Shown here: positions 1-12,800 of the stretch, in pieces
How positions within the stretch are numbered: position 1 is the stretch's first letter
Layout: each line of letters opens with the position of its first letter
Assembly (NCBI RefSeq): GCF_009914755.1
Contig: NC_060947.1
DNA from: the human T2T-CHM13v2.0 reference genome, Homo sapiens
DNA length: 64,000 nucleotides
Reading direction: 5' to 3' (one strand)
Translations under genes and position numbers: made by a program
The notes under the pieces: model-generated
Databases searched by the model: none
Seen by the model: the letters and a program-made list of their open reading frames with translations, nothing else
Told to the model about the DNA's origin: nothing

Positions 1-32
<32 letters not shown>
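1..32. repeat. (GT)n microsatellite, truncated by the window edge
   Basis: Pure GT run at 1-32. Confidence 0.95.
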
Positions 33-37
<5 letters not shown>

Positions 38-39
38 CA

Positions 40-163
40 TCAGGTCCTTTTGATGCAGTGCTGAGTTCAGGTCCTGAATATCTTTGTTAATTTTCTCTCT
101 CAATGATCTGTCTAATATTTTCAGTGGGTTGTTAAAGTCTCCCACTATTACTGTGTGGGAGTT
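40..163 (-). mobile_element. L1PA (PA8-16-type) ORF2 endonuclease-region fragment, interrupted by THE1
   Basis: gctgagttcaggtcctgaatatctttgttaatttt...gttaaagtctcccactattactgtgtgggagt matches antisense L1 EN sequence. Confidence 0.8.
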
Positions 164-517
164 TGGTATGGTTTGGCACTGTGTCCCCACAGAAATCTTA
201 TCTTGTAGTTCCCATAATTCCCACATGTTGTGGGAGGGACCCAGTGGGAGATAATTGAACCATATGGGTCTTTCTCATGCTGTTCTCATGATAGTGAATA
301 AGTCTCATGAGATCTGATGGTTTTATAAACAGAAGTTTCCCTGCACAAGTTCTTTTTTTGCCTGCCATCATTCATGTAAGACATGACTTGCTCCTCCTTG
401 CCTTCCACCATGATTGTTAGGCCTCTCCAGCCATGTGGAACTGTAAGTCCATTAAACCTCTTTTTCTTCCTAGTCTCAGGTATGTCTTTATCAGCAGCAT
501 GAAAACAGACTGATACA
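164..517 (+). mobile_element. THE1 (MaLR) 5' LTR
   Basis: Starts TGGTATGGTTTGGC (consensus TGATATGGTTTGGC); ends cagcagcatgaaaacagactgataCA. Confidence 0.92.
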
Positions 518-2085
518 GCAAATTGGTACTAGTAGAGTGGGGCATTGCTGAAGATATCCAAAAATGTGGAAGTGACTTTGGAAGTGGGTAAGATGCAGAG
601 GTTGGAACAGTTTGGAGGGCTCAGAAGAAGACAGGAAAATGTGGGAAAGTTTTGAACCCACTAGAGACTAGTTGAATGGCTTTGACAAAATGCTGATAAT
701 GATATGGACAATGAAATCCAGGCTGAGGTGGTCTCAGATGGAGATGAAGAATTTGTTGGGAACTGGAGCAAAGGTGACTCTTGTTATGTTTTAGCAAAGA
801 GACTGGCAGCATTTTGCCCCTGCCCTAGAGATTTGTGGAGCTTTGAACTTGAAAGAGATGATTTAGTGTAGCTGGTGGAGAAATTTCTAAGCAGCAAAGC
901 ATTCAAGAGGTGACCTTAGTGCTGTTATAGGCATTCACTTTTAAACAGGAAACAGCATAACAGTTCAGAAAATTTGCAGCCTGACAATGTGATAGAAAAG
1001 AAAATCCCAGTTTCTGAGGAGAAATTCAGGCTGGCTTCAGAAATTTGCATAAGTAACGAGGAGCCAAATGTTAATCTCCAAGACAATGGGGAAAATGTCT
1101 CCAGGGCATGTCAGAGATCTTTGCAGTAGCCCCTCCCATCACAGGCCTGCAGGTTTACGAGGAAAAATTGGTTTCATGGGCCGGGCCCAGGGTCCCTCTG
1201 CTGTGTGCAATATAGGGACTTGATGCCCTGAATCCCAGCCACTCCAGCTGTGACTACAAGGGGCCAAGGGACAGTTTGGGCTGTTGCTTCAGAGGGTGGG
1301 AGCCCAAAGCCTTGGTAGCTTCCATGTGGTGTTGAGCCTGCAGGTACATAGAAGTCAAAAATTGAGGTTTGGGAACCTTCGCCTATATTTCAGAGGATGT
1401 ATGAAAATGCCTGGATGCCCAGACAGAAGTTTGCTGCAGGGGTGGGGCCCTCATGGAGAATCTTTGCTAGGGCAGTGCAGAAGGGAAATGTGGGGTTGGA
1501 GCCCCCATGCAGAGTCCCTACTGGGGCACAAACATAGTGGAGCTGTGAGAAGAGGGCACCATCCTCCAGACCCCAGAATGGCAGATCCACCAATAGTTTG
1601 CACCTTGAACCTGGAAAAGCCACAGACACTCAATCCTGGCCTGTGAAAGCAGCCAGGAGGGCAGCTATACCCTGAAAGCCACAGGGGCAGAGCTGCCTAA
1701 GACAATGGGAACCCACCTTTTGCATCAGTGTAACCCAGATGCGAGATACTGAGTCAAAGGATACCATTTTGGAGCTTTAAGATTTGACTGCCCCACTGGA
1801 TTTTGGACTTGCATGAGGCTTGTAGCCCCTTTGTTTTGGCCAATTTCTCCAATTTGGAGTGGCTGTACTTACCCAATGGCTGAACCCCTATTGTATCTAG
1901 GGAGTAACTAACTTGCTTTTGACTTTACAGGCTCATGGGCAGAAGGGACATACCTTTTCTCAGATGAGACTTTGTGGACATGTGTGTTAATGCTGAAATG
2001 ACTTAGGACTTTGAGAGACTGTCAGGAAGGCAAGATTGGTTTTGGAATGTGAAGACATGAGATTTGGGAGGGGCCGGGGGCAGAA
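518..2085 (+). mobile_element. THE1-int internal region
   Basis: Begins gcaaattggtactagtagagtgggg and ends at the PPT gggaggggccgggggcagaa; about 1.57 kb, typical for THE1-int. Confidence 0.92.
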
Positions 2086-2140
2086 TGATATGGTTTGGCT
2101 CTGTGTCCCCACCCAAATCTCATCTTGTAGCTCCCATAAT
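2086..2140 (+). mobile_element. THE1 3' LTR, first ~55 bp only
   Basis: tgatatggtttggctctgtgtccccacccaaatctcatcttgtagctcccataat, followed abruptly by an L1 tail. Confidence 0.9.
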
Positions 2141-5100
2141 TCTCTCTCTCTCTCTTTTTTAAAATTATACTTTAAGTTCTGGGATACATGTGCAGAACGT
2201 GCAGGTTTGTTACATAGGTATACACGTGCCATGGTGGTTTGCTGCACCCATTAACCCATCATCTACATTAAGTATTTCTCCTAATGCTATCCCTCTCCTA
2301 GCCTCCCACCCCCTGACAAAACCTGGTGTGTGATGTTCCCCTCCCTGTGTCAATGTGTTCTCATTGTTCAACCCCCAATTATGAGTGAGAACATGTGGTG
2401 TTTGGTTTTTTGTTCCTGTGTTAGTTTGCTGAGAATTATGGTTTCCAGCTTCATCTATGTCCCTGCAAAGGACATGAACTCATCCTTTTTGATGGCTGCA
2501 TAGTATTCCATGGTGTATATATGCCACATTTTCTTTATCCAGTGTATGATTGATGGGTATTTGGGTTGGTTCCAAGTCTTTGCTATTGTGAACAGTGCTG
2601 CAATAAACATATGTGTGTATGTGTCTTTATAGTAGAATGATTTATAATCCTTTGGGTATATACCCAGTAATGGGATTGCTAGGTCAAATGGTATTTCTGG
2701 TTCTAGATCCTAGAGGAATCACCACACTGTCTTCCACAATGGTTGAACTAATTTACACTCCCACCACAGTGTAAAAGCATTCCTATTTCTCCACATCGTC
2801 TCCAGCATCTGTTGTTTCCTGACTTTTTAATGATTGCCATTCTAACTGGCATGAGATGTTATCTCATTGTGGTTTTGATTTGCATTTCTCTAGTGACCAG
2901 TGATGATGAACTCCTTTCCATATGTTTGGTGGCTCCATAAATGTCTTTTGAGAAGTGTCTGTTCATATCCTTCACCCACTTTTTGATGGGGTTGTTTCTT
3001 CTTGTAAATTTGTTTTAGTTCTTTGTAGATTCTGGATATTGGCCCTTTGTCAGATGGATAGATTGCAAAAATTTTCTCCCATTCTGTAGGTTGCCTGTTC
3101 ACTCTGATGATAGTTTCTTTTGCTGTGCAGAAATGCTTTAGTTTAATTAGATCCCATTTGTCAGTTTTGGCTTCTGTTGCAATTGCTTTTGGTGTTTTAG
3201 TCATGAAATCTTTGCTCATGCCTATGTCCTGAATGGTATTGCCTAGGTTTTCTTCTAGGGTTTATATGGTTTTAGGTCTTATGGTTAAGTCTTTAATCCA
3301 TCTTGAGTTAACTTTTGTATAAGGTGTAAGGAAGGGGTTCAGTTTCAGTTTTCTGTATATGGCTAGCCAGTATCCCCAACACCATTTGTTAAATAGGGAA
3401 TCCTTTCCCCATTGCTTGTTTTTGTTAGGTTTGTCAAAGATCTGATGGTTGTAGATGTGTGGTGTTATTTCTGAAGTCCCTGTTCTGTTCCATTGGTCTA
3501 TATATCTGTTTTGGTACCAGTACCATGCTGTTTTGGTTACCATAGCCTTGTAGTATAGTTTGAAGTCAGGTAGTGTGATGCCTCCAGCTTTGTTCTTTTT
3601 CTTAGGATTGTCTTGGCTATATGGGCTCTTTTTTTGGTTGCATATGAAATTTAAAGTAGTTATTTCTAATTATGTAAAGAAAGGCAATCGTAGCATGATG
3701 GGGATAACATTGAATCTGTAAATTACTTTGGGCAATATGACCATTTTCACGATATTGATTCTTCCTATCCATGAGCATGGAATGTTTTTCCATTTGTTTG
3801 TGTCGTCTCTTATTTCCTTGTGTAATGGTTTGTAGTTCTCTTTGAAGAGATCTTCACATCCCTTGTAAGTTGTATTTCTAGGTATTTTATTCTCTTTGTA
3901 TCAATTGTCAATGGGAGTTCACTCTGATTTGGCTCTCTGTTATTGGTGTATAGAAATGCTTGTGATTTTTGCACACTCATTTTGTATTCTGAGACTTTCC
4001 TGAAGTTGCTTATCAGCTTAAGGAGATTTTGGGTTGAGATGATGGGGCTTTTAAAATATACAATCATGTCATCTGCAAAGAGAGAAAATTTGACTTTCTC
4101 TTTTCCTATTTGAATACCCTTTATTTCTTTCTCTTGCCTGATTGCCCTGGCCAGGATTTCCAATACTATGTTGAATAGGAGTGGTGAGAGAGGGCATCCT
4201 TGGCTAGTACTGCTTTTCAAAGTGAATGCTTCCAGCTTTTGCCCATTCACTATGATATTGGCTGTAGGTTTACCATAAGTAGCTCTTATTATTTTGAGAT
4301 AAGTTTCATCAATAGCTACTTTATTGAGAGTTTTTAGCATGAAGGGGTGTTGAATTTTATCAAAGGCCTTTTCTGCATCTATTGAGATAATCATGTGGTT
4401 TTTGTCACTGGTTCTGTTTATGTGATGGAATACATTTATTGATTTGCTTATGTTGAACCAGCCTTGCATCCCAGGGATTATGCCAACTTGATCGTGGTGG
4501 ATAAGCTTTTTGATGTGCTGCTGGATTCTGTTTGCCAGTATTTTATTGAGGATTTTTGCATCGATGTTCATCAGGGATATTGGCCTGAAATTTTCTTTTT
4601 TTGTTGTGTCTGTGCCTGGTTTTGGTATCAGAATGATGCTGGCCTCATAGAATGAGTTAGGGAGGAGTCCATCTTTTTCTATTGTTTGGAATAGTTTCAG
4701 AAGGAATAGTTCCAGCTCCTTTTTGTACCTTTGGTAGAATTCGTCTGTGAATCCATCTGGTCCTGGGCTTTTTTTGGTTGGTAGGTTCTTAATTACTGCC
4801 TCAATTTCAGAACTTGTTATTGGTATATTCAGGGATTCAACTTCTTCCTAGTTTAGTCTTGGGAGGGTGTATGTGTCCAGGAATTTTTCCATTTTTTCCT
4901 AGATTTTCTAGTTTATTTGTGTAGAGATGTTTATAGTGTTCTCTGATGGTAGTTTGTATTTCTGTGGGATCAGTGGTGATATCCTGTTTACCCTTTTTTT
5001 GTCTATTTTATTCATCTATCTTTTCTTCTATATTAGTCTGTCTAGCGTTCTATTTTGTTAACCTTTTCAAAAAATCGGCTCCTGGACTAATTGATTTTTT

Positions 5101-5535
5101 GAAGGGTTTTTCATGTCTCTATCTCCTTCAGTTCTGCTCTGATCTAAGTTATTTCTTGTCTTCTGCTATCTTTTGAATTTGTTTTCTCTTCCCTCTCTAG
5201 TTCTTTTCATTGTGATGTTCGTGTGTCAATTTTAGATCTTTTTTGCTTTCTCCTGTGGGCATTTAATGGTATATGTTTCCCTCTAAGCCCTGCTTTAGCT
5301 GTGTCCCAGAGATTCTGGTACGTCGTGTCTTTGTTCTCATTGGTTTCAAATAACTTATTTATTTCTGCCTTAATTTTGTTATGTACCCAGTAGTCATTCT
5401 GGAGCAGTTTGTTCAGTTTCCATGTAGTTGTGCAGCTTTGAGTTTATTTCTTAATCCTGAGTTCTAATTTGATTGCACTGTGGTCTGACAGACTGTTATG
5501 AGTTCTGTTCTTTTGTATTTGCTGGGGAGTGTTTG
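2141..5535 (-). mobile_element. 5'-truncated L1PA7-like LINE-1 (3'UTR and degenerate ORF2)
   Basis: 3' end ttaagttctgggatacatgtgcagaacgtgcagg; ORF2 RT fragments in the ORF track (3810-4571 with FADD motif, 2890-3219, 3262-3543). Confidence 0.92.
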
Positions 5536-6010
5536 TTTCAGAAAGGCAGTCTTCAAGCTCTGATTTTCTTTCCTTCTATTGGTCTGTTGTGCTATTAATA
5601 CTTGTGAGTACATTATGAAATTCTTGTAGTGTTTTTCAGCTATAACAGGACGGTTTTTTTTTGTTCTCTATACTGGCTGTTTTGTCTGTCAACTCCTGCA
5701 ATGTTTATCATGATTTTTAGTTTCCTTTCATTGGGTTACAACATGCTCCTTTTGCCAGTGGACTTCATTCCTATCCATCGTCTGAAATCTACTTCTGTCA
5801 TTAAAGCCATCTCAGCCTCAGCCCCGTTCCAAACCCTTGCTGGAGAGGTGATGTGGTAATTTGGAGGAAGGAGGGTACTCTGGGTTTCTGTTTTCAGTGT
5901 TCTTACACTGTTTTTTTCCTTCTCATCTTTGTGGGATTATCTACCTTCAGTCTTTGACGTTGCTAACCTTTGAATTGGTTTTTCTTTTAACAGTCTGACC
6001 ACGTTTCTGT
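5536..6010 (-). mobile_element. L1PA (PA10-13-type) ORF1/5' fragment
   Basis: tttcagaaaggcagtcttcaagctctg...attatgaaattcttgtagtg matches antisense L1 ORF1 coiled-coil region. Confidence 0.7.
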
Positions 6011-6741
6011 AGCTTTTATTGATCCACTTGTCATTCAAGAGCATATTTTTAAATTTCCATCTATTTGCGTAGTTTCCAAAATTCCTCGTTATTGATTTCT
6101 AATTTTCTTCCAGTGTCTTCAGAGAAGATGCTTGATATTATTTCAATGCTTTTGAATATTTTAAGACTTGTTTTGTGATTTAATATATCGTCTATTCTTG
6201 AGAATGATTAATGTGCTAAGGAAAAGATGTGTATTTTGTAGCCATTGGATGAAATGTTTTGTAAATGTCTATTAGAACCATTTGGTCTATAGTGTAGATG
6301 AAGTCTGATCTTTCTTTGTTGATTTTCTTTCTGGAAGACTTGTTCAATGCTGAAAGTGATGTGTTGAAATGTCCAGCTATTTTCTTTTTATTGGGGTCTA
6401 TCTCTCTCCTTAGCTGTAATAATGTTTGCTTTATATATCTGAGTGCTCCAGTGTTCGGCATATATATTTACTATTGTTATATTCTTTTGCCGAATTGACC
6501 CCTTTATCATTATATATTGACCTTCTTTGTTTCTTGTAGTTTTTGCCTTGAAATCTAGTTGGTTTGATAAAAACATAGTGACTCCTGCTCTTCTTTTTTT
6601 GTTACCATAGGCATAAAATATCCTTTTCCCTCCCTTTATTTTCAGTCTATGTGTGTCTTTATAGGTGAAGCATGTTTCTTGCAGGCATCAGATCACAGAT
6701 CAATGTGTCTGTCTTTTTAATCCATTCAGCCTCTCTCTGTC

Positions 6742-7034
6742 TTTTTTGTTTTTTGAGATTGAGTCTTGCTCTGTCCCTCAGTCTGGAGTGCAGTGGTGAA
6801 GTCTTGGCTCACTGCAACCTCTGCCTCCCTGGTTCTAGTGATTCTCCTGCATCAGCCTCCTGAGTAGTTGGGACTATAGAGATGCATCACCACATTTGGC
6901 TAATTTTTGTATTTTTAGGGGTGACGGAGTTTCACCATTTTGGCTAGGCTGGTCTCAAACTCCTGAGATCAGGTGATCCACCTGCCTCAGCCTCCCAGTG
7001 TTAGGATTACAGGTGTGAGCCACCATGCCCAGCC
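6742..7034 (-). mobile_element. AluS (Sx-like)
   Basis: Full dimer in antisense; approximate TSD ct(c/a)tctctg(t/c)ctttt. Confidence 0.93.
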
Positions 7035-7695
7035 CTATCTCTGCCTTTTGATTGGAGAGTTCAGTCCATTTACATTCAGTGTTATTATTGATAAGTAAGG
7101 ATTTTCTCCTGCCATTTTGTTATTTGTTTTCTGGTTGTTTTGTTGTTTTCTTGTCTTGTCTTGTCTTTTATTTAGTGAAGGTGGTCTTCTCTGGTGATAT
7201 GATTTATTTTCTTGCTTTTAACTTTTTATTGTATCTGTTGTGTTTTTTTGTTTTTTTGAAGTCATTAGGAGGCTTGCAAATACCATCTTACACGGGATTA
7301 TTTTAAGTGGATAGCAATTTAACACTGTTTGCATAAATAAACAAAGAAGCAAAAAGGAGTCTAATAAAATCTCTATGCCTTAACTTTGTCCTCCTAATTT
7401 TTAAGCTTTTGTTGTTTCTATTTGTATTTTATTTTACTGCATATGTCTTGAAAAGTTGTTGTAGGTATTATTTTTGATTGGTTCATAATTTAGTCTTACT
7501 ACTTAGGATAATAGTTTACACAAGACAGTTACAGTGTTATAATATTTTGTGTTTTTCTGTGTACTTACTATTACCAGTGAGTTTTGCACCTTCAGGTAAT
7601 TACTTATTGCACATAAATGTTCTATTTTCTTATTGAAGTACTCCCTTCAGCATTTTTTGTAGGACACATCTGGTGATAATGAAATCCCTTTGCTT

Positions 7696-7758
7696 CAGAA
7701 TGTACTAAGAATTATGAAAAAATAAAATAGAATAATTAAATAAAAATAAATATAAAAA
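7696..7758 (+). mobile_element. Tiny poly(A)-tailed retro-insertion of unknown source
   Basis: About 21 bp of body plus an A-rich tail, flanked by a 15-bp TSD gaaatccct(tt/aa)gctt (7681-7695 and 7759-7773). Confidence 0.7.
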
Positions 7759-8265
7759 GAAATCCCTAAGCTTTTGTTTGTCTGGGAAACTTTTTTCTCA
7801 GTCACGTTTGAAGGATATTTTCACCAGATATATTGTCCTTGGGTAAAAGCTTTTTTATGCTTCAGCACTTTAAATATGTTATGCCACTCTCTTCTGGCCT
7901 GTAAGGTTTCCACTGAAAGGTCTGCTCCTCCTTTGTATGTTATTTGTTTCTTTTCTCATGCTGCTTTTAGTATCCTTTCTTTGTCCCCGATCTTTGGGAG
8001 TTTATTAAATGCCTTGAGGTAGTCTCCTTTGAGGTAAATATGTTTGGTCTTCTATAACCTTCTTATACTTTAATATTGATATATTTCTCTAGGTTAGGAA
8101 AGTTCTCTTTTATTATTTCTTTGAATAAACTTTCAACCCCCCCACCCACTTCCTCTTTAAGGCTAGTAACACTTAGATTTGGCCTTTTTAGAGTATTTTC
8201 TACATCCTGTAGGTGTGCTTAATTATTTTTTACCCTTTTTTTTGGTCATTTCTGACCGTGTTTTC

Positions 8266-8607
<342 letters not shown>

Positions 8608-9081
8608 TGACTGTATTTTCAAATAGCCTGTCTTCAAACTCATTAATTCTTTCTACTGCTTTATCAGTTTTGCTATTGAAAGACTTTGATGCATTCTTCA
8701 GTATTCCAATTGCATTTTTCACATCCATAATTTCTACTTGATTCATTTTAACTATTTCAATCTCTTTGTTAAATTTATTTGATAGAAGTCTGATTTCTTT
8801 GTGTTCTCCTGAATATCTTTGAGTTCCCTCAAAACAGGTATTTTGAATTCTCTGTCTGAAAGGTCATATATCTCTATTTTTTCTGGATTGCTCCCTGGTT
8901 ATTTAGTTAATTCAGTGTAGTCATGTTTTCCTCGATTGTCTTGATACTTGTAGGTGTCTGCCTGTGTCTTGGTAGTGAAGAGTTAGATATTTATTTTAGT
9001 CTTTGCAGTCTGGCTTTGTTTGCACCTGTCCCTCTTCAGAAGGCTTTCCAGATAGTTGAAAGGACTCAGGAATTGTGATAT

Positions 9082-10193
9082 AATTTAGTCCATTCCTAAA
9101 CAACTGAGGGTCCTGGGAGTTTAAGCATGTCAATGCAGTCTTTTATTTCATTATTAACTGAAGAAAAATTGGTGCCCTTACAGATTTTTTAAGATTCTGA
9201 AATAAAAGAAGTCAGAAAGAACCAAGTCAGGACTGTAAGGTGGATGCCTAATGATTTCCCACTGAAACTCTCAAAAAATTCCCCTTGTTTGGTAAGAATG
9301 AGTGGGAGAATTGTTGTGGTGAAGAAGGATTTTCTGGTGATGATTTCCTGGGCATTTTTCTGCTAAATATTTGGCTAACCCTAAATACTCTAATAATAAA
9401 CAGATATTATTGTGCTTTGGCCCTCCATAAAGTCAAGAAGCAAAATGCCTTGAGCAACCCAAAAAACTGTGTCCATGACCTTTGCTCTTGACTAGTCCAC
9501 TTCGACCTCTTTGTTGCCATTGTTTTGATTGTGTTTGTCTTCAGGATAGTTCTGGTAAAGCCTCATTTTGCCTCCTGTTACAAGTCTTTGAAGCAATGCT
9601 TTAGGATGTTGATCTCACTTTTTTAAAATTTCCATTGAAAACTCTGCTCTTGTCTGCAGCTGATCTTGGTGCAATGGTTATGGCACTCATCAAATGTAAA
9701 GTTTGCTAAACTTTAATTTTTAGTCAGAAATGTGTATGCTGAAACAATTGAGATGTCTGTCATGTTGGCTATTGTTTCTGCTCCTCTCCAACTACAGCAT
9801 GAACAAGATGAATTTTTGCTTCACAAATTGATGTGAATGGTCTGCTGCCATGGGCTTCATCTTCAATGTTGTATCGTCTCTTCTTAAAATGAGTTATTCA
9901 TTTGCAAATATCTATTTTTTGGTGCCATTGTTCTCATAATCTTTTCATAAAGCATCAGTGATTTCACTATTCTTCCACTCAAGCTTCACTATAATATTGA
10001 TATTTGTTCTTGTTTCAAATTTAGCAGACTTCATGTTGCTGTGATAGGGACTTATCTTTCTGAGTGCCTCAAGCTAAATCCTGTTCAGACATGTTATAAC
10101 AGTATGGGTTTATTTTGGTGTAAAACATTTTTGAATGTTGTGGATAGTTTTATTATAATATGCATTTTCCATGAATTATTTGAAATTCCCTAT
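9082..10193 (-). mobile_element. HSMAR2 mariner DNA transposon, degenerate transposase, 3' end cut off
   Basis: The reverse complement of ~9208-9243 encodes PPYSPDLVLSDF (mariner YSPDL motif). A 5' TIR-like gggaatttcaaataattcatggaaaatgcata abuts TA at 10194-10195. Confidence 0.9.
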
Positions 10194-11465
10194 TATATGG
10201 TGTAAAGTATGGGTTCAAGTTCATTCTTTTGTATGTGGAGATCCAGTTGTACCAGCACCAGCTATTGAAGAGACTTTTTTCCCATTGGTTGAACATGGCA
10301 CCCTAGTAAAAAATTATTTGGCCATAGATATATGTGTTTATTTCAGGCTTCTTATTTCTGTTGCATTGTCTATGTGTCTGTCCTTACGCTAGTAGCACAG
10401 TGTTTTAATCACTGTAGTTTAGTTGAAGGGTTTGATACTGAGAAATGTGAATCTTAATTTGTTCTGCTTCTTCAAGATTATTTTGGCTATTTAGGGCCCC
10501 TTGCAGTTTCATATGAATTTGAAGATCAGCTTTTTTCATAAATGCAAAAATGCTATTGGAATATTGAAATTGTGTTGAATCTGTAAATCACTTTGGGTAA
10601 TATTGACATCCTAACAATATTAAATATTTCCATCCATGAGCACCGGATATCTCTGTTTATTTAGGTTTTCTTTAATTTCTTTCAACAAGATTTTGTAGTT
10701 TTCAGTGTGTAAATCTTTTACTTCATTAGTTAAATTTATTTCTAGGTATTCTTTATTGTAAATAAAATTGCTTTCTTAACTTCCTGTGTATTTATCTTAT
10801 ACCCTATAGCTTTGTGAAATTTATTTATTAGCTATTATTTCCTTCTTTTTCATTTTTATTTTTTGAGACAGAATCACTCTGTCACCCAGGCTGGAGTGCA
10901 GTGGTATGATCATAGCCTTGAACTCCTGGGTGTTTATGTGATGCTCCTGCCTAAGCCTCCCAAGTAGCTGGGACTTTAGCCACACACCGCCATGCACAGC
11001 TAATTAAAAAAAAAATTCTTTTTTTGTAGAGATGGGGTCTTGCTATGTTTCCCAAGCTGGTCTTGAATTGGCCTCAAGTGATCTTTCTGCCTTGGCCTCC
11101 CAACGTGCTGGGATTACAGGCATGAGCCAACACTTCTGGCTCTAGTTGCTTTCTTGTGGAATCCTTCGGATTTTCTTCATATAGGAACATATCATCTGTG
11201 AATAGTTTCACTTCACTATCTGTGATAGTATTGCTTCTTCCTTTGTAATTTGGATGACTTTTATTTCTTTTTTGTCTAATTTCTATGGCTAGAATTTCCA
11301 GTATAGTGTTGAATAGCAGTGGTGAAATAGGGAATCCTGTGCCTAATCTTACGGGAAAAACTGTCAGTCTTTCATTAAGTATGAGGTTAGTTGTGAGTTT
11401 TTCATAAATGTACTTTATGTTTAGGAAGTTTCCTTCCATTCCTAATGTTTTGAGTGTTATCATGA
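10194..11465 (-). mobile_element. Old L1M (MB/MC-type) ORF2 fragment
   Basis: ORF 11074-11463 has RT-like SPLLFN...VKLFTDDM. Confidence 0.8.
10840..11140 (-). mobile_element. AluJ (Jo/Jr-like)
   Basis: gatcatagc, gggtcttgctatgtt and ggcctcaagtgatc are J-type features. Confidence 0.88.
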
Positions 11466-11970
11466 AAGTTGTTGGGGCACTGGTATTCTTAGCCTGTCTT
11501 GCCTTGGGTAGAACCCTCCCCTGTGGTTGTGGGCTGGTGAATGAAGAATCTCAAAGTTCTAAGTCGCTCCTGCCCAGGATAGAGCTTCTGTCATGTGGAA
11601 CTAGAGAGGGGTAAAAAATGTTGGTGGCCTGCCACTCCAGAGCAAATACTGAAGTCTTCACTGGTAAGAAGTAGGGAGAAGGGAGTCTGTGTTTTTGGCT
11701 GCACCCACTTGGAGTAGAGCTTGGATCAGGCTGAGCTGGTGGAGCGGAGGGAAAATGGAGGGAGCAGGCTGTGTTTCAAGTGCTAGAGTCTCACTGTTCA
11801 TAGTGAGATTTGATAGATTTTCTTGAATCATTGTTTCATTTGCTATGTGCTCTTAAGACAATTTTCAGAGACTTAAAACGTTTACTTTAAAAATATTGTT
11901 TTACCAGTTATGATGCTTTTGCTGGGGGGAGTACCTGTGGAGTTCCTTACACCACCATTCTAGAACTAAT
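11466..11970 (-). mobile_element. L1M (MC/MD-type) 5' UTR fragment
   Basis: The reverse complement begins gaatggtggtgtaaggaactcc, resembling L1M 5' termini. Confidence 0.55.
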
Positions 11971-11974
11971 CTCC

Positions 11975-12800
11975 TTTGGCCATTATTTCTTCCAAATATT
12001 TTTCTGCCCCCTTTTCTTGAGGACTACAGTTACACTTATATCAAACAGCTTGAGGATGTGCCACAGCTCACTGATTATCAGTTCTGTTTGTCTTTTTTTC
12101 TGTTTAATTTTAGGTAGCTTCTAAACTATTTAAACTTGCTATGTGATGAAGCACTAAATTATTTTTCTGCAGTGTCTAATCACCTGTTAATACCATCTGG
12201 CATGTTTTTTCACCTCTGTCTTTTTTTAATCCTTCATCTTCCTCCTTAACACACTTATATCTTCTTCTACCTTTTTGAACATATGGAAATATGGAATATT
12301 GATATAATAACTGTTTTAATACTTTTTCTTTACTTTTCTACAAATTCCATTGTCCCTATTACTTCTGGGTCTGATTTTACTGATTTACTTTTCTTTTCTT
12401 CATTGGTTGTATTTTACTGCTCCTTTGAATGCCTGGTAATTTTTTATTGTATGCCAGATAGTGTGAAATTTATCACTTTGGGTGCTAGATATGTTTGTTA
12501 TAATTAACATTGAATTTTGTTCTGAGATGTAGTGAAGTTACTTGTGAACAATTTGATCCTTATAAGATTTGTTTCTAAGCTTTTCTGGGCAGGTTTAGAA
12601 TGCTCTTTAGCTTAGGCATAAAATTTCCCTACTACTCACTACATAAAACCCTTGTGAATTTTCTAGCCCCTTGTCCATGTATTACCAGGTTTTTACCCTC
12701 TGGTGGAGGTTAAAATGAACTGTTTCTGGCACTGTATGAGGTACAGAGGTTGTTTCCCATACTGTTTTTGGGTGGTTCTTTAGGGTCCCTACTTTTGAGA
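11975..12800 (-). mobile_element. L1ME-type ORF1/5' fragment
   Basis: tttggccattatttcttccaaatatttttctgcccc resembles antisense L1ME ORF1. Confidence 0.6.

Noticed and set aside
1284-1646. 120-aa ORF
   Set aside because: Lies within THE1-int; a degenerate MaLR relic.
3810-4571. 253-aa reverse transcriptase ORF
   Set aside because: A fragment of a 5'-truncated, frameshifted L1PA7 ORF2; not an active or domesticated RT.
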